Shown here piece by piece: positions 49,288-59,145 of a stretch of 64,000 bases of DNA. Under the pieces are notes generated by a model. The model was given only the letters and a program-made list of their open reading frames with translations, had not been told where the DNA came from and did not search any database. The DNA is taken from sequence record OP168898.1. The stretch is one strand, 5' to 3'. Source of the stretch: Escherichia phage ZCEC14. The stretch's first letter is position 1; each line of letters opens with the position of its first letter. The position numbers were made by a program, and so were the translations under genes.

Positions 49288-49295
49288 TATAAATA
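49288..49295 (+). promoter_or_regulatory. T4 late promoter TATAAATA upstream of soc
   Basis: exact octamer about 30 nt before soc ATG. Confidence 0.7.
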
Positions 49296-49325
49296 ATCAT
49301 GTAATTTAAATAAAAGGAGAATTAC

Positions 49326-49571
49326 ATGGCTAGTACTCGCGGTTATGTTAATATCAAAACATTTGAGCAGAAATTAGATGGAAATAAGAAAATTGAAGGA
49401 AAGGAAATTTCAGTAGCTTTCCCTCTTTATTCTGACGTTCACAAAATTTCTGGTGCTCATTACCAGACGTTCCCTTCAGAAAAAGCAGCATATACTACTG
49501 TATATGAAGAAAATCAGCGTACTGAATGGATTGCTGCAAACGAAGATTTGTGGAAAGTAACTGGTGGTTAA
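49326..49571 (+). CDS. soc: small outer capsid protein Soc
   Basis: 81 aa; MASTRGYVNIKTFEQKLDGNKKIEGKEISVAFPLYSD matches T4 Soc. Confidence 0.9.
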   Translation: MASTRGYVNIKTFEQKLDGNKKIEGKEISVAFPLYSDVHKISGAHYQTFPSEKAAYTTVYEENQRTEWIAANEDLWKVTGG

Positions 49572-49578
49572 TAATTCA

Positions 49579-49604
49579 AGGACTCCTTCGGGAGTCCTTT
49601 TTTC
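49579..49604 (+). terminator. intrinsic terminator, TTCG loop
   Basis: AGGACTCC-TTCG-GGAGTCCT followed by TTTTTT. Confidence 0.8.
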
Positions 49605-49623
49605 ATTTAAACGGTTTACTTTC

Positions 49624-49653
49624 CAAAATGAGTATGGTATAATAGATTTATCT
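49624..49653 (+). promoter_or_regulatory. T4-type early promoter
   Basis: GTTTAC 49624-49629, extended -10 TGGTATAAT ending 49653. Confidence 0.7.
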
Positions 49654-49669
49654 TATAGAGGAGAGCACT

Positions 49670-49882
49670 ATGTTAAATCGCTGGATTAAACCAAATGAAG
49701 ACCTCCAGAAGGTTCTTGATAAAGCTATCTCTGATAAATGGGGTATGAAAAGCTGGGATTGTGATGTCGTCACGCATTCATTCATGATGCATGCAGATGG
49801 TTCAGTCGAGTTCAATGCTGAAATGCGATACACTGACTGGGGTGGATTTCAAAGAGTCGAATTTCAAAGAGGCTTTTTATAA
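49670..49882 (+). CDS. hypothetical protein
   Basis: 70 aa. Confidence 0.45.
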   Translation: MLNRWIKPNEDLQKVLDKAISDKWGMKSWDCDVVTHSFMMHADGSVEFNAEMRYTDWGGFQRVEFQRGFL

Positions 49883-50223
49883 TGTTTATCTTTAATTGGT
49901 TTAAAAGTTTCTTTACGGATTTTTTCTCTACAACTCCCGGAGAAGGTGTAGTTCCTATTTCAAACGATTACCTTCCTTTAACTGTAGTTGAATATGTTTA
50001 TATGGGAGATGGAACAGTAGAAGCAGTTACTATGACTTATGAAGAAGCCCAAGAATATTATAAAAATCCTTGGCGCTGGTCAGTACCTACTACATCATCT
50101 AACACACAGAATACACAGTCTAGTTCTGATTCATATGATACTAATGTTCCTGTTCATGTATGGACGGGCGATTCATGTGGAAGTTCTTGTGATTCTAGTT
50201 GTTCATCTACATCTTGTGATTGA
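49882..50223 (+). CDS. hypothetical protein with Cys/Ser-rich C-terminal tail
   Basis: 113 aa; ends [18 protein letters not shown]. Confidence 0.45.
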   Translation: MFIFNWFKSFFTDFFSTTPGEGVVPISNDYLPLTVVEYVYMGDGTVEAVTMTYEEAQEYYKNPWRWSVPTTSSNTQNTQSSSDSYDTNVPVHVWTGDSCGSSCDSSCSSTSCD

Positions 50224-50231
50224 GGAAAATT

Positions 50232-50717
50232 ATGGAAGCGATTTTGTTTGAAATGTATATTAGCAGTAATAGTATGTCGTTTGCTAAAGATGTTCCAATT
50301 ACCGTAGCAGTAATGATTGATAAGGGTTATTGTGACCCAATGTATCTCGTAGAAAATTTCGTTTCAATGCCAGTTCCAGAAGATGCTGAAATAAAACTTA
50401 AAAAGATTGGTATTATTGAAACTGTACCAAATATTCCGTTTAGAGCAATTGAAGCATTTACTAAATCCGAATACATTAATGTTAGCGCAGAACAATATAA
50501 TGATAAACCATTATCTTTTTATTCGTACGATTCAGTATATAGTTGGAAAATAGATAAAGGAAATAAATTTATAATTGCAAGTGAAGATGCTTTATCATAC
50601 TTTATTTCTTCTGTGTGGAATAGTTTACATCCAAATTTGCTAAAAATTCATGAATTTGATGATGCTCCTACTGTTGTTTTAGGTAAAACAAATGAAAGTT
50701 CTGAAGAAGATGCTTGA
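50232..50717 (+). CDS. hypothetical protein
   Basis: 161 aa from ATG 50232 with SD GAGGAAAA. Confidence 0.5.
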   Translation: MEAILFEMYISSNSMSFAKDVPITVAVMIDKGYCDPMYLVENFVSMPVPEDAEIKLKKIGIIETVPNIPFRAIEAFTKSEYINVSAEQYNDKPLSFYSYDSVYSWKIDKGNKFIIASEDALSYFISSVWNSLHPNLLKIHEFDDAPTVVLGKTNESSEEDA

Positions 50718-50895
50718 ATGGTTCAATAGACCAAACTCAATGTATATTGACGATGGTTGGGTTGAACAAGCAAATAAAGAAATGCAGAACGAATCAGAAG
50801 AATGGATGAAATCAATGATTAGTGCTGAGAAAGAAAAGAAATTAGAACGCTCAGCGCTTAAATTGATGAGAGACATCTATGGGGATAAATCGTGA
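50692..50895 (+). CDS. hypothetical protein
   Basis: 67 aa; overlaps upstream ORF by 26 nt. Confidence 0.4.
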   Translation: MKVLKKMLEWFNRPNSMYIDDGWVEQANKEMQNESEEWMKSMISAEKEKKLERSALKLMRDIYGDKS

Positions 50896-50903
50896 ACAGA
50901 GAT

Positions 50904-51056
50904 ATGACATTAGAAGAGGCTAAAGCTAAAGCAAATGAAGCCTTAGATTTGCTTCTTAAAATCGGTAGTAAAATGATGGAAGAAAATGAGAAATATATCC
51001 AGGAAAACAAAATTCCTGACGGTCCGTTAGTAGGCAAGAGGAAATCGCATGATTGA
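50904..51056 (+). CDS. hypothetical small protein (not in ORF track)
   Basis: 50 aa from ATG 50904 (or GTG 50892). Confidence 0.3.
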   Translation: MTLEEAKAKANEALDLLLKIGSKMMEENEKYIQENKIPDGPLVGKRKSHD

Positions 51057-51519
51057 AGTAGCAAAACATTATTCAATAGAATTTATGTCTAAAGAAGGTA
51101 AATCAGTAAATACACTTGATAAAAAGTGCTCATTAATTATTCCTTTAGCAGAAAATCCGGATATTTTAATTAAAGATATAAAAGAAAGAAAATATCCAGA
51201 AAATGTTATTCTAATTATAAAGCATACTGAAGATATTTTGCAGAATACTGATTCACCGTTTTCTTCTTCTGAAGCTTTAACTATTAAAGGCTATAAAAGA
51301 GCTCATGAATATGGTCTTTTTGACCTGTTTGAAGACGATAAAGTTAAATTAGCTAGTCAACCTTATAAAAGTAAAACATTCATTATTGAAGATATTAAAG
51401 ATATAAATGCATTTGTTAAGATGGTCTGGGCTCATTTTGATGTTGGACTACGCTGGAGAATGTCCGAAGAAGAAAGAAAGATTATTGAAGCTAATCGTCA
51501 ATTTGGTTTTTATCGCTAG
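51049..51519 (+). CDS. hypothetical protein
   Basis: 156 aa. Confidence 0.5.
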   Translation: MIEVAKHYSIEFMSKEGKSVNTLDKKCSLIIPLAENPDILIKDIKERKYPENVILIIKHTEDILQNTDSPFSSSEALTIKGYKRAHEYGLFDLFEDDKVKLASQPYKSKTFIIEDIKDINAFVKMVWAHFDVGLRWRMSEEERKIIEANRQFGFYR

Positions 51520-51527
51520 GAATTAAT

Positions 51528-51710
51528 ATGGATTTATTTGAGATGTTAGAAGATAATCATTCTACGAATATCCAGAATGATTCTAGTGATTATAAGAAAG
51601 AGTACCGTATAGTATTACAGAATTATGGAATTGAAGCCCCAGATGCTCTTCTAGAAGAACTAGCTTCATACCACCTTGACCCTCCGCCTTGGGCTCCCTG
51701 GGCAAAATAA
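51528..51710 (+). CDS. hypothetical small protein
   Basis: 60 aa. Confidence 0.4.
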   Translation: MDLFEMLEDNHSTNIQNDSSDYKKEYRIVLQNYGIEAPDALLEELASYHLDPPPWAPWAK

Positions 51711-51721
51711 TTCAAAAAGTT

Positions 51722-51751
51722 GTTTACTTTCCTTCCTAACGATGATATGAT
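51722..51751 (+). promoter_or_regulatory. T4-type early promoter
   Basis: GTTTAC 51722-51727, -10 TATGAT 51746-51751. Confidence 0.6.
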
Positions 51752-51777
51752 AGCTTCTGAAGTATACGGAGGCTATC

Positions 51778-52401
51778 ATGATTATTAATCTTGTAGATGT
51801 TGAACAGTTATCTATAAAAGCTGAAAGTGTTGATTTTCAATATGATATGTATAAAAAGGTCTGTGAAAAATTTACTGACTTTGAACAGTCAATTCTTTGG
51901 CAATGTATGGAAGCCAAAAAGAATGAAGCTCTTCATCAGCAGTTGAATAAAATCATTAAAAAGCATTTAACTAAATCACCTTATCAGCTATATCGTGGTA
52001 TATCAAAATCGACAAAAGAACTCATTAAAGATTTACAAGTCGGAGAAGTGTTTTCAACGAACAGGGTAGATTCATTTACTACTAGTTTGCATACAGCGTG
52101 TTCTTTTTCTTATGCCGAATATTTCACTGACACAATACTTCGCTTAAAAACTGATAAAGCTTTTAATTACTCTGACCATATCAGCGATATTATACTTTCT
52201 TCTCCTAATACTGAGTTTAAGTACACGTATGAAGATACTGATGGATTAGATTCAGAACGTACTGATAACTTAATGATGATTGTACGTGAACAAGAATGGA
52301 TGATTCCAATTGGAAAGTATAGAATAACTTCTATTTCAAAAGAAAAATTACACGATTCATTTGGAACATTTAAAGTTTATGATATTGAGGTAGTTGAATG
52401 A
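51778..52401 (+). CDS. modB: Mod-family ADP-ribosyltransferase (ModB-like by length and order)
   Basis: 207 aa; R-S-E signature: LYRGIS, TTS, EQEWMIP. Confidence 0.65.
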   Translation: MIINLVDVEQLSIKAESVDFQYDMYKKVCEKFTDFEQSILWQCMEAKKNEALHQQLNKIIKKHLTKSPYQLYRGISKSTKELIKDLQVGEVFSTNRVDSFTTSLHTACSFSYAEYFTDTILRLKTDKAFNYSDHISDIILSSPNTEFKYTYEDTDGLDSERTDNLMMIVREQEWMIPIGKYRITSISKEKLHDSFGTFKVYDIEVVE

Positions 52402-53000
52402 AATACTCAGTAATGCAATTAAAAGATTTTAAAATCAAATCAATGGATGCATCGGTGCGTGCTTCTATTCGTGAGGAATTGCTTTCTGAAGGGTTTAATT
52501 TATCTGAAATTGAACTTTTAATTCATTGTATTACCAACAAACCAGATGACCATACTTGGTTAAATGAAATAATCAAATCTCGTTTGGTTCCAAACGATAA
52601 ACCTCTTTGGAGAGGTGTTCCAGCTGAGACTAAACAAGTATTAAATCAAGGAATTGATATTATTACATTTGATAAAGTCGTATCAGCTTCATATGATAAA
52701 AATATAGCTCTACATTTTGCTTCCGGTTTAGAATATAACACACAAGTTATTTTTGAATTCAAAGCTCCTATGGTATTCAATTTCCAGGAGTATGCTATAA
52801 AAGCTCTACGCTGTAAAGAATACAATCCAAACTTTAAGTTTCCGGATAGTCATCGTTATCGTAATATGGAATTAGTTTCAGATGAACAAGAAGTAATGAT
52901 ACCAGCTGGAAGTGTATTTAGAATTGCGGATAGATATGAGTATAAAAAGTATTCAACATACACTATCTATACTCTTGATTTTGAAGGATTTAATCTATAA
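52398..53000 (+). CDS. modA: Mod-family ADP-ribosyltransferase (ModA-like by length and order)
   Basis: 200 aa; R-S-E signature: LWRGVP, SASY, EQEVMIP. Confidence 0.65.
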   Translation: MKYSVMQLKDFKIKSMDASVRASIREELLSEGFNLSEIELLIHCITNKPDDHTWLNEIIKSRLVPNDKPLWRGVPAETKQVLNQGIDIITFDKVVSASYDKNIALHFASGLEYNTQVIFEFKAPMVFNFQEYAIKALRCKEYNPNFKFPDSHRYRNMELVSDEQEVMIPAGSVFRIADRYEYKKYSTYTIYTLDFEGFNL

Positions 53001-53056
53001 TGGAAGGACTTAGATTCATTATACCACGAAAGTTTTAAAGCATTTTTCATAAAGTT

Positions 53057-53086
53057 GTTTACAAACTGAAGTAAAAATGTTATAGT
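53057..53086 (+). promoter_or_regulatory. T4-type early promoter
   Basis: GTTTAC 53057-53062, -10 TATAGT 53081-53086. Confidence 0.6.
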
Positions 53087-53116
53087 ATAAGTAGTTAACC
53101 CGTCCGTGAGAAAAAT

Positions 53117-53863
53117 ATGAAACTGTCTAAAAATCAAATTCGTAAAATTACACGTCGTCTAGAGCATACTCAGGCATCTGCAAAAAGACGTTCTAAAGAT
53201 TTTAACTTAGACTTCAATTACATTAAGAACATTTTAGATCAAAAAGTTTGCGCTTACTCGGGAGAACCTTTTGATAATCGTATTGAAGGAGAGAAATTAT
53301 CATTAGAACGTTTTGATAATAACGTTGGATACATTAAAGGGAACGTTATTGCAGTAAAGAAAAAGTATAATACATTTCGCTCTGATTATACTTTAGAGGA
53401 GTTAATTGAAAAACGTGATTTGTTTGCTTTGCGAATTGGTCGTTCATCTGCGAAAAAAGTTCATAAACTAAATTTAGATGAAAAGAAATGGGCTAAAATC
53501 AAAAAGACTTATAATCAAATTAAAGCTATACAGAAAAAACGTGAAAACCGAATTGAACACATTTCTCAGCTTTCTAAATCAAAACAGACCTCTGACATTA
53601 AGCTAACGATTATAGCGCTTAAAGCTCGTATTGATGGTTCTCGTATAGCAGAAGGCGCTGAAGTTGTTAAACTGAACGTTCTTCTTAAAGGCTCGGATTG
53701 GAAAACCGTGAAAAAGTTGTCAGAAGCAGAAATGCAATATGATATGTGTGATAAAATTATTCAAGGTGTAGAGCGGTATCAAAACTTGTCTTTTATTGAT
53801 AAACTTAAACTGAAAAGAGGATACCCGCTAAATTGCTCAATTTTTAAACTTATCCGAGGATAA
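53117..53863 (+). CDS. Srd-like protein (position of T4 srd)
   Basis: 248 aa, basic; between mod genes and dda; synteny only. Confidence 0.45.
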   Translation: MKLSKNQIRKITRRLEHTQASAKRRSKDFNLDFNYIKNILDQKVCAYSGEPFDNRIEGEKLSLERFDNNVGYIKGNVIAVKKKYNTFRSDYTLEELIEKRDLFALRIGRSSAKKVHKLNLDEKKWAKIKKTYNQIKAIQKKRENRIEHISQLSKSKQTSDIKLTIIALKARIDGSRIAEGAEVVKLNVLLKGSDWKTVKKLSEAEMQYDMCDKIIQGVERYQNLSFIDKLKLKRGYPLNCSIFKLIRG

Positions 53864-53864
53864 T

Positions 53865-54176
53865 ATGGTTTATGTATACGCGATAGTTTACCGAGACAAA
53901 GACGGATTTACGGCGCCAGTTCCGCTTGATGAACATCGTCCTGCTGTATTTTTTGAATGGAAGATTGCTGATAAAGTATTTACCACTCTTAAAGAGCAGT
54001 ATCAACTAGCTTTAGGTAAGGGAATTCCAAGATTAGTTGAGACTCCACGTAAATTTTGGTTTAATAAAATAGAAGTTAAACATGTTAAGCCTGACGTAGA
54101 CACACAAAGATTATATCAGCGAATTTTAGATACTGGGCGTATTGTTAGTATACCAATTGCAGGGAATTTACGATGA
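53865..54176 (+). CDS. hypothetical protein (dda.1 position)
   Basis: 103 aa. Confidence 0.45.
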   Translation: MVYVYAIVYRDKDGFTAPVPLDEHRPAVFFEWKIADKVFTTLKEQYQLALGKGIPRLVETPRKFWFNKIEVKHVKPDVDTQRLYQRILDTGRIVSIPIAGNLR

Positions 54177-55492
54177 CATTTGATGATTTGACAGAAGGCC
54201 AGAAAAATGCCTTTAACATTGTTATGAAGGCTATTAAAGAAAAGAAACATCATGTAACTATTAATGGACCTGCTGGTACTGGTAAGACTACTCTTACCAA
54301 GTTCATTATTGAAGCCCTAATATCTACAGGTGAAACTGGTATTATTTTAGCAGCTCCTACACATGCAGCTAAAAAGATTCTTTCAAAACTGTCAGGGAAA
54401 GAAGCGAGTACTATTCACAGTATTCTCAAAATTAACCCGGTAACATATGAAGAAAATGTTCTTTTTGAACAAAAAGAAGTACCAGATTTAGCTAAATGCA
54501 GGGTATTAATCTGTGATGAAGTGTCAATGTATGATAGAAAGCTATTTAAAATTCTGCTTTCAACTATCCCGCCGTGGTGTACTATAATTGGAATAGGGGA
54601 TAATAAGCAAATTAGACCTGTTGATCCAGGAGAAAATACTGCTTATATCAGTCCATTCTTTACGCATAAAGATTTTTATCAGTGCGAACTCACTGAAGTT
54701 AAACGCAGTAATGCTCCTATTATTGATGTAGCTACTGATGTTCGTAACGGTAAGTGGATTTATGATAAAATTGTTGACGGGCATGGAGTACGTGGATTTA
54801 CAGGTGATACCGCTTTACGCGATTTTATGGTAAATTATTTTTCAATCGTAAAATCACTAGATGATTTGTTTGAAAATCGCGTAATGGCATTTACGAATAA
54901 ATCTGTTGATAAGTTAAATAGCATTATTCGCAAAAAGATTTTTGAAACTGATAAAGATTTTATCGTTGGTGAAATTATCGTAATGCAGGAACCATTAATT
55001 AAAACATACAAAATTGATGGAAAGCCTGTGTCAGAAATTATTTTTAATAACGGACAATTAGTTCGTATTATAGAAGCAGAGTATACATCAACGTTTGTTA
55101 AAGCTCGTGGTGTTCCCGGAGAATATCTAATTCGTCATTGGGATTTAACAGTAGAAACTTACGGCGATGATGAATATTATCGTGAAAAGATTAAAATAAT
55201 TTCGTCTGATGAAGAGCTATATAAGTTTAACCTATTTTTAGGTAAAACGGCAGAAACGTATAAAAATTGGAACAAAGGCGGAAAAGCTCCGTGGAGTGAT
55301 TTTTGGGATGCTAAATCACAGTTTAGTAAAGTGAAAGCACTTCCTGCATCAACATTCCATAAAGCTCAGGGCATGTCTGTAGATCGTGCTTTCATCTATA
55401 CACCTTGTATTCATTATGCAGATGCTGAATTGGCTCAACAGCTTCTTTATGTTGGTGTTACCCGTGGTCGTTATGATGTATTTTATGTATGA
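54173..55492 (+). CDS. dda: Dda DNA helicase (SF1)
   Basis: 439 aa; Walker A GPAGTGKTT, DEVSM; matches T4 Dda. Confidence 0.93.
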   Translation: MTFDDLTEGQKNAFNIVMKAIKEKKHHVTINGPAGTGKTTLTKFIIEALISTGETGIILAAPTHAAKKILSKLSGKEASTIHSILKINPVTYEENVLFEQKEVPDLAKCRVLICDEVSMYDRKLFKILLSTIPPWCTIIGIGDNKQIRPVDPGENTAYISPFFTHKDFYQCELTEVKRSNAPIIDVATDVRNGKWIYDKIVDGHGVRGFTGDTALRDFMVNYFSIVKSLDDLFENRVMAFTNKSVDKLNSIIRKKIFETDKDFIVGEIIVMQEPLIKTYKIDGKPVSEIIFNNGQLVRIIEAEYTSTFVKARGVPGEYLIRHWDLTVETYGDDEYYREKIKIISSDEELYKFNLFLGKTAETYKNWNKGGKAPWSDFWDAKSQFSKVKALPASTFHKAQGMSVDRAFIYTPCIHYADAELAQQLLYVGVTRGRYDVFYV

Positions 55493-55513
55493 TTAAATTT
55501 GAGGAAGCTATTC

Positions 55514-55759
55514 GTGGAAATAACTAAAGATCAGTTTTATCTTCTTCAAGATAAAGTAAGCGAAATTTATGAAATAGCTTATAGCAAAAATCGCAAAAAT
55601 GTGAAAACTGAATCAGGCAAGTTAATGCTTCAATTAGAAGAAATTGAACGAGATTTGATTGCGTTAGAATTCTTTTGTGGTGAAGTGAAAACTGTTACAA
55701 TCAGTGATTACATTTTAGGTGAAATTAGCCATCTTTATAAGGCGGTTATTAATGATTGA
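55514..55759 (+). CDS. hypothetical protein, paralog of next ORF
   Basis: 81 aa from GTG 55514 with SD GAGGAAG. Confidence 0.4.
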   Translation: MEITKDQFYLLQDKVSEIYEIAYSKNRKNVKTESGKLMLQLEEIERDLIALEFFCGEVKTVTISDYILGEISHLYKAVIND

Positions 55760-55994
55760 ATTAAGTTGGTGTCAGTTTAAATCTCTTATGACAAATGTTA
55801 AAGCTGTCATTGAGAAAAATTCTGGTCCTGAAAATATTACTATTCGCGAAAAAGCTTTAAAGGTAATATACAGTCTTGAAGAGATGCAAAAAGATATTGA
55901 ATCTATGGCAAAATTTATTGATGAACCTATTAATAAAGTTTATATTCAAGACTATACTGTAGGCCAAATTTGCGATTTAGCGAGGAAAGTTTAA
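55752..55994 (+). CDS. hypothetical protein, paralog of previous ORF
   Basis: 80 aa from ATG 55752; shared SLEEM/LQLEEIERD and C-terminal motifs. Confidence 0.45.
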   Translation: MIELSWCQFKSLMTNVKAVIEKNSGPENITIREKALKVIYSLEEMQKDIESMAKFIDEPINKVYIQDYTVGQICDLARKV

Positions 55995-56677
55995 TGTTTG
56001 ATTTTATTATAGATTTTGAAACAATGGGAAGTGGTGAAAAAGCAGCTGTTATTGATTTGGCTGTAATTGCTTTTGACCCTAATCCAGAAGTCGTTGAAAC
56101 GTTTGATGAATTAGTTTCACGTGGCATTAAAATCAAATTTGATTTAAAAAGCCAAAAAGGACATCGTCTTTTTACTAAAAGCACTATCGAATGGTGGAAA
56201 AATCAATCTCCTGAAGCTCGAAAAAATATTGCACCATCCGATGAAGATGTAAGCACTATTGATGGTATTGCAAAATTTAATGATTACATCAATGCGCATA
56301 ATATCGATCCTTGGAAATCTCAAGGCTGGTGCCGCGGAATGTCGTTTGATTTTCCAATTTTAGTCGATCTCATTCGTGATATTCAACGTCTTAATGGCGT
56401 TTCTGAGAATGAGCTTGACACATTTAAGTTAGAACCGTGTAAATTCTGGAATCAGCGTGATATTCGTACTAGAATTGAAGCACTTCTGCTTGTTCGTGAT
56501 ATGACCACATGTCCTCTTCCAAAGGGAACTTTAGATGGATTCGTTGCGCATGATTCTATTCATGACTGTGCAAAAGACATCCTGATGATGAAGTATGCTT
56601 TGCGATATGCTATGGGTCTTGAAGATGCTCCGTCAGAGGAAGAGTGCGATCCTCTATCTCTTCCAACAAAACGATAA
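55994..56677 (+). CDS. dexA: exonuclease A (DexA, DEDD family)
   Basis: 227 aa from ATG 55994; MFDFIIDFETMGSGE DEDD motif. Confidence 0.85.
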   Translation: MFDFIIDFETMGSGEKAAVIDLAVIAFDPNPEVVETFDELVSRGIKIKFDLKSQKGHRLFTKSTIEWWKNQSPEARKNIAPSDEDVSTIDGIAKFNDYINAHNIDPWKSQGWCRGMSFDFPILVDLIRDIQRLNGVSENELDTFKLEPCKFWNQRDIRTRIEALLLVRDMTTCPLPKGTLDGFVAHDSIHDCAKDILMMKYALRYAMGLEDAPSEEECDPLSLPTKR

Positions 56678-56683
56678 AAAGTT

Positions 56684-56713
56684 GTTTACTTCCTCGGTTA
56701 GTTGTGGTATTAT
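56684..56713 (+). promoter_or_regulatory. T4-type early promoter
   Basis: GTTTAC 56684-56689, extended -10 TGGTATTAT ending 56713. Confidence 0.65.
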
Positions 56714-56740
56714 AACACCATAGCTACTGAGGATAATAAA

Positions 56741-57241
56741 ATGAAAATTTATCGTGTTGAATCATCGTTTAGTATTCTTGATTATGAAGATGCTATAACA
56801 ATACGTCGAAATCTTTGTGTTCAAATAACGCCGTACAGGAGTATAATAGATTCATGGAGCGAAGAGTGGCTATTACACGTAGGTTATGACAGACCTAATT
56901 TTATGCATCATAGCGATAATAATAAAAGAATTCCTTTACCACACGAAGATAAACTATTAGTTAAAAACGCTAATATAGTAATTAATACTAAGTTCAAGAA
57001 AGATTATGTTGGAGTAGAATATCATATTCCAGGATGGTTTATAGCTCTTTATCATTTTGCTTTCGCTAGCGAATATGATATGATGAGATGGTTCACACGA
57101 GAAGAGCGGGAAGAATTATCTTCTAAAGGATTTTATCTCGCTGTATACGAAGTTCCTGAAGATGAAGTTATCATTGGTGGGCACCAAGTAATGTTCCGCA
57201 AATCGCATGCTGAACTCGTAGATTTTATTGAAATGAGATAA
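56741..57241 (+). CDS. hypothetical protein
   Basis: 166 aa from ATG 56741. Confidence 0.5.
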   Translation: MKIYRVESSFSILDYEDAITIRRNLCVQITPYRSIIDSWSEEWLLHVGYDRPNFMHHSDNNKRIPLPHEDKLLVKNANIVINTKFKKDYVGVEYHIPGWFIALYHFAFASEYDMMRWFTREEREELSSKGFYLAVYEVPEDEVIIGGHQVMFRKSHAELVDFIEMR

Positions 57242-57243
57242 TT

Positions 57244-57777
57244 ATGAAATTTAATTATAATCCTGAATACATACCAAATCCGGTAGCTAAACTGATTGAT
57301 TTTGATGTTGTAAGCACTTATGTATGCCCTGTTAAACCACTGGAAATTAAGGAACCTACTATGACTACCGCTATTGAAATCGGCAAAACCTACAAATTGG
57401 TTGAACCTGAAATTAAAACTAATGCCTTGATTTCTGGCCATAAAACTCTGACTGATGTTTTTGGCGAAGGTGAATTTATTGTTGAAGATTTTGAAAAAAG
57501 TAAATGGTTTACTAAATCTTATATTGTCCACGGTCGTCGTTTAGACAATAACAAAATAGAGAAAATCCTGGTTTATGAAGCAGAGTTCATCCTCTTTCAA
57601 GAATGCGATCCTACTGACCTTCTAACTCATGCGGTAGCTATTAAGACCCCATTTATTTCGGTCTGTGGTTGGGTAACAGATCAGTGGATTGAAGATGGTG
57701 TTGAACTTCTGAACGTTGTTCATGCAGGTGATTTTAGCGTAGTACCTCGTAGTGCAGTGGTAGCTATTTTGAATTAA
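57244..57777 (+). CDS. hypothetical protein, paralog of 57854-58351
   Basis: 177 aa; C-terminal TDQWIEDGVELLNVVHAGDF shared. Confidence 0.5.
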   Translation: MKFNYNPEYIPNPVAKLIDFDVVSTYVCPVKPLEIKEPTMTTAIEIGKTYKLVEPEIKTNALISGHKTLTDVFGEGEFIVEDFEKSKWFTKSYIVHGRRLDNNKIEKILVYEAEFILFQECDPTDLLTHAVAIKTPFISVCGWVTDQWIEDGVELLNVVHAGDFSVVPRSAVVAILN

Positions 57778-57779
57778 TA

Positions 57780-57822
57780 GTTTACAAACTCTTGGGACCA
57801 GAGTATAATGGTCCCGTGGAGT
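57780..57822 (+). promoter_or_regulatory. early promoter within hairpin (PeSL-like)
   Basis: GTTTAC 57780-57785, -10 TATAAT 57804-57809; arms GGGACCA / TGGTCCC. Confidence 0.6.
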
Positions 57823-57853
57823 ATAAAATCTTTTTAACAAGTGAGAGATAACT

Positions 57854-58351
57854 ATGATTATTAATATTGGTGAAATTGCTCGTGTATCTGATAAATCCCG
57901 TTCTAAAGCAGCAGGAAAATTGGTTGAAATTGTAAGCATTCAGCTTAAACATGGTGTTAAAGATGAAGATTCTGAAGTAAAAGTGCGTATCATTCCTAAA
58001 GATGGAAAGTCTAAACCTCAGTTTGGTTATGTTCGTGCGAAATTTCTTGAATCTGCGTTTTTGAAAGCTGTTCCTGCTAAAGGAATTGAAACGATTGATA
58101 CTTCACATGTAGGCGTAGACTTTAAGTGGAAACTCGGTCAAGCTATTAAGTTCGTCGCTCCTTATGAATTTGAATTTACCGAAGACGAAGAAGGGGTTGT
58201 TCAAAAACATCGTACTCGCGCTATGTGTGCATACATTACCGATCAATGGGTAGAAGATGGCGTTAAGTTGTACAACGCGGTATTTTTAGGAACATACAAA
58301 GTCATTCCTGAAAGTTGGATTAAACATTATAGCAAAGCTCGCTGTGCATAA
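57854..58351 (+). CDS. hypothetical protein (position and size of T4 motB), paralog of previous
   Basis: 165 aa; C-terminal TDQWVEDGVKLYNAVFLGTY. Confidence 0.5.
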   Translation: MIINIGEIARVSDKSRSKAAGKLVEIVSIQLKHGVKDEDSEVKVRIIPKDGKSKPQFGYVRAKFLESAFLKAVPAKGIETIDTSHVGVDFKWKLGQAIKFVAPYEFEFTEDEEGVVQKHRTRAMCAYITDQWVEDGVKLYNAVFLGTYKVIPESWIKHYSKARCA

Positions 58352-58523
58352 AGTTTAAAATTTTTTCATAAAACTATATACATCAGTAGTTGATTATGGT
58401 ACTATATTAATATCAACTACTGATATAGAAAATAACTTGGAGAATAAAATGGAAAATTTGCCAAAGGTGCTGCTACTCTTCTGAAACGCATCGCTCCAAT
58501 GTTCAATTAATGAGGAAATTGTA

Positions 58524-58739
58524 ATGAAACGCAAAATTGTTCAGAACTGCACTAATGACGAATTTGAAGACGTGTTATTCGATCCAGATTTGGTAGTAGT
58601 TCAAAAGGAACACACTGCTAAGTTTACTCACTTGACTTCGGTTTATGTGTATGAAAAGGTTGGTGATAAACAACCGATTTATGGTGTATTCCGTGAAATC
58701 ACTGAAGACGGTACAACTTACTGGAAGGAAATTTATTAA
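58524..58739 (+). CDS. hypothetical small protein (position and size of T4 cef)
   Basis: 71 aa. Confidence 0.45.
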   Translation: MKRKIVQNCTNDEFEDVLFDPDLVVVQKEHTAKFTHLTSVYVYEKVGDKQPIYGVFREITEDGTTYWKEIY

Positions 58740-59143
58740 TGGCTATTAGATTTGAAGTTAATAAATGGTATCAATTTAAAAATAAACAAGCTCAAGAAAA
58801 TTTTATTAAAGACCATACTGATAACGGAATCTATGCACGACGTTTAGGTATGGAACCTTTTAAAATTTTAGATGCTGATTATCTTGGGCGTCCTACTAAA
58901 ATTGTGACATCCACAGGTGTACTCAAACGTTGTGCCGGCGCTGATATCCTTGACGAAAACTTTATCTGGCTCTCTACTAACGAAGCTGGGTTCTTTGATG
59001 AAGTGGAAAATCCATACCAAGCTTCTGAAGAGCAAGAACAAATAGAAGATTTCACAGAATTCCCTGTCATGAAAGTTACTATTGAAAATAATGAACAGGC
59101 ATGGTCCTTGTATCAGATGTTGAAAGCACACTTTAAGGAATAA
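58739..59143 (+). CDS. hypothetical protein
   Basis: 134 aa; ATGG overlap with upstream stop. Confidence 0.45.
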   Translation: MAIRFEVNKWYQFKNKQAQENFIKDHTDNGIYARRLGMEPFKILDADYLGRPTKIVTSTGVLKRCAGADILDENFIWLSTNEAGFFDEVENPYQASEEQEQIEDFTEFPVMKVTIENNEQAWSLYQMLKAHFKE

Positions 59144-59145
59144 TT

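Noticed and set aside
50039-50251. 70-aa alternative-frame ORF inside ORF 49882-50223
   Set aside because: His/Leu-rich low-complexity translation nested in another ORF; no start context.
58436-58471. 11-codon mini-ORF after the 58376 leader repeat
   Set aside because: Probably a decayed copy of the repeat's built-in SD+ATG rather than a gene.
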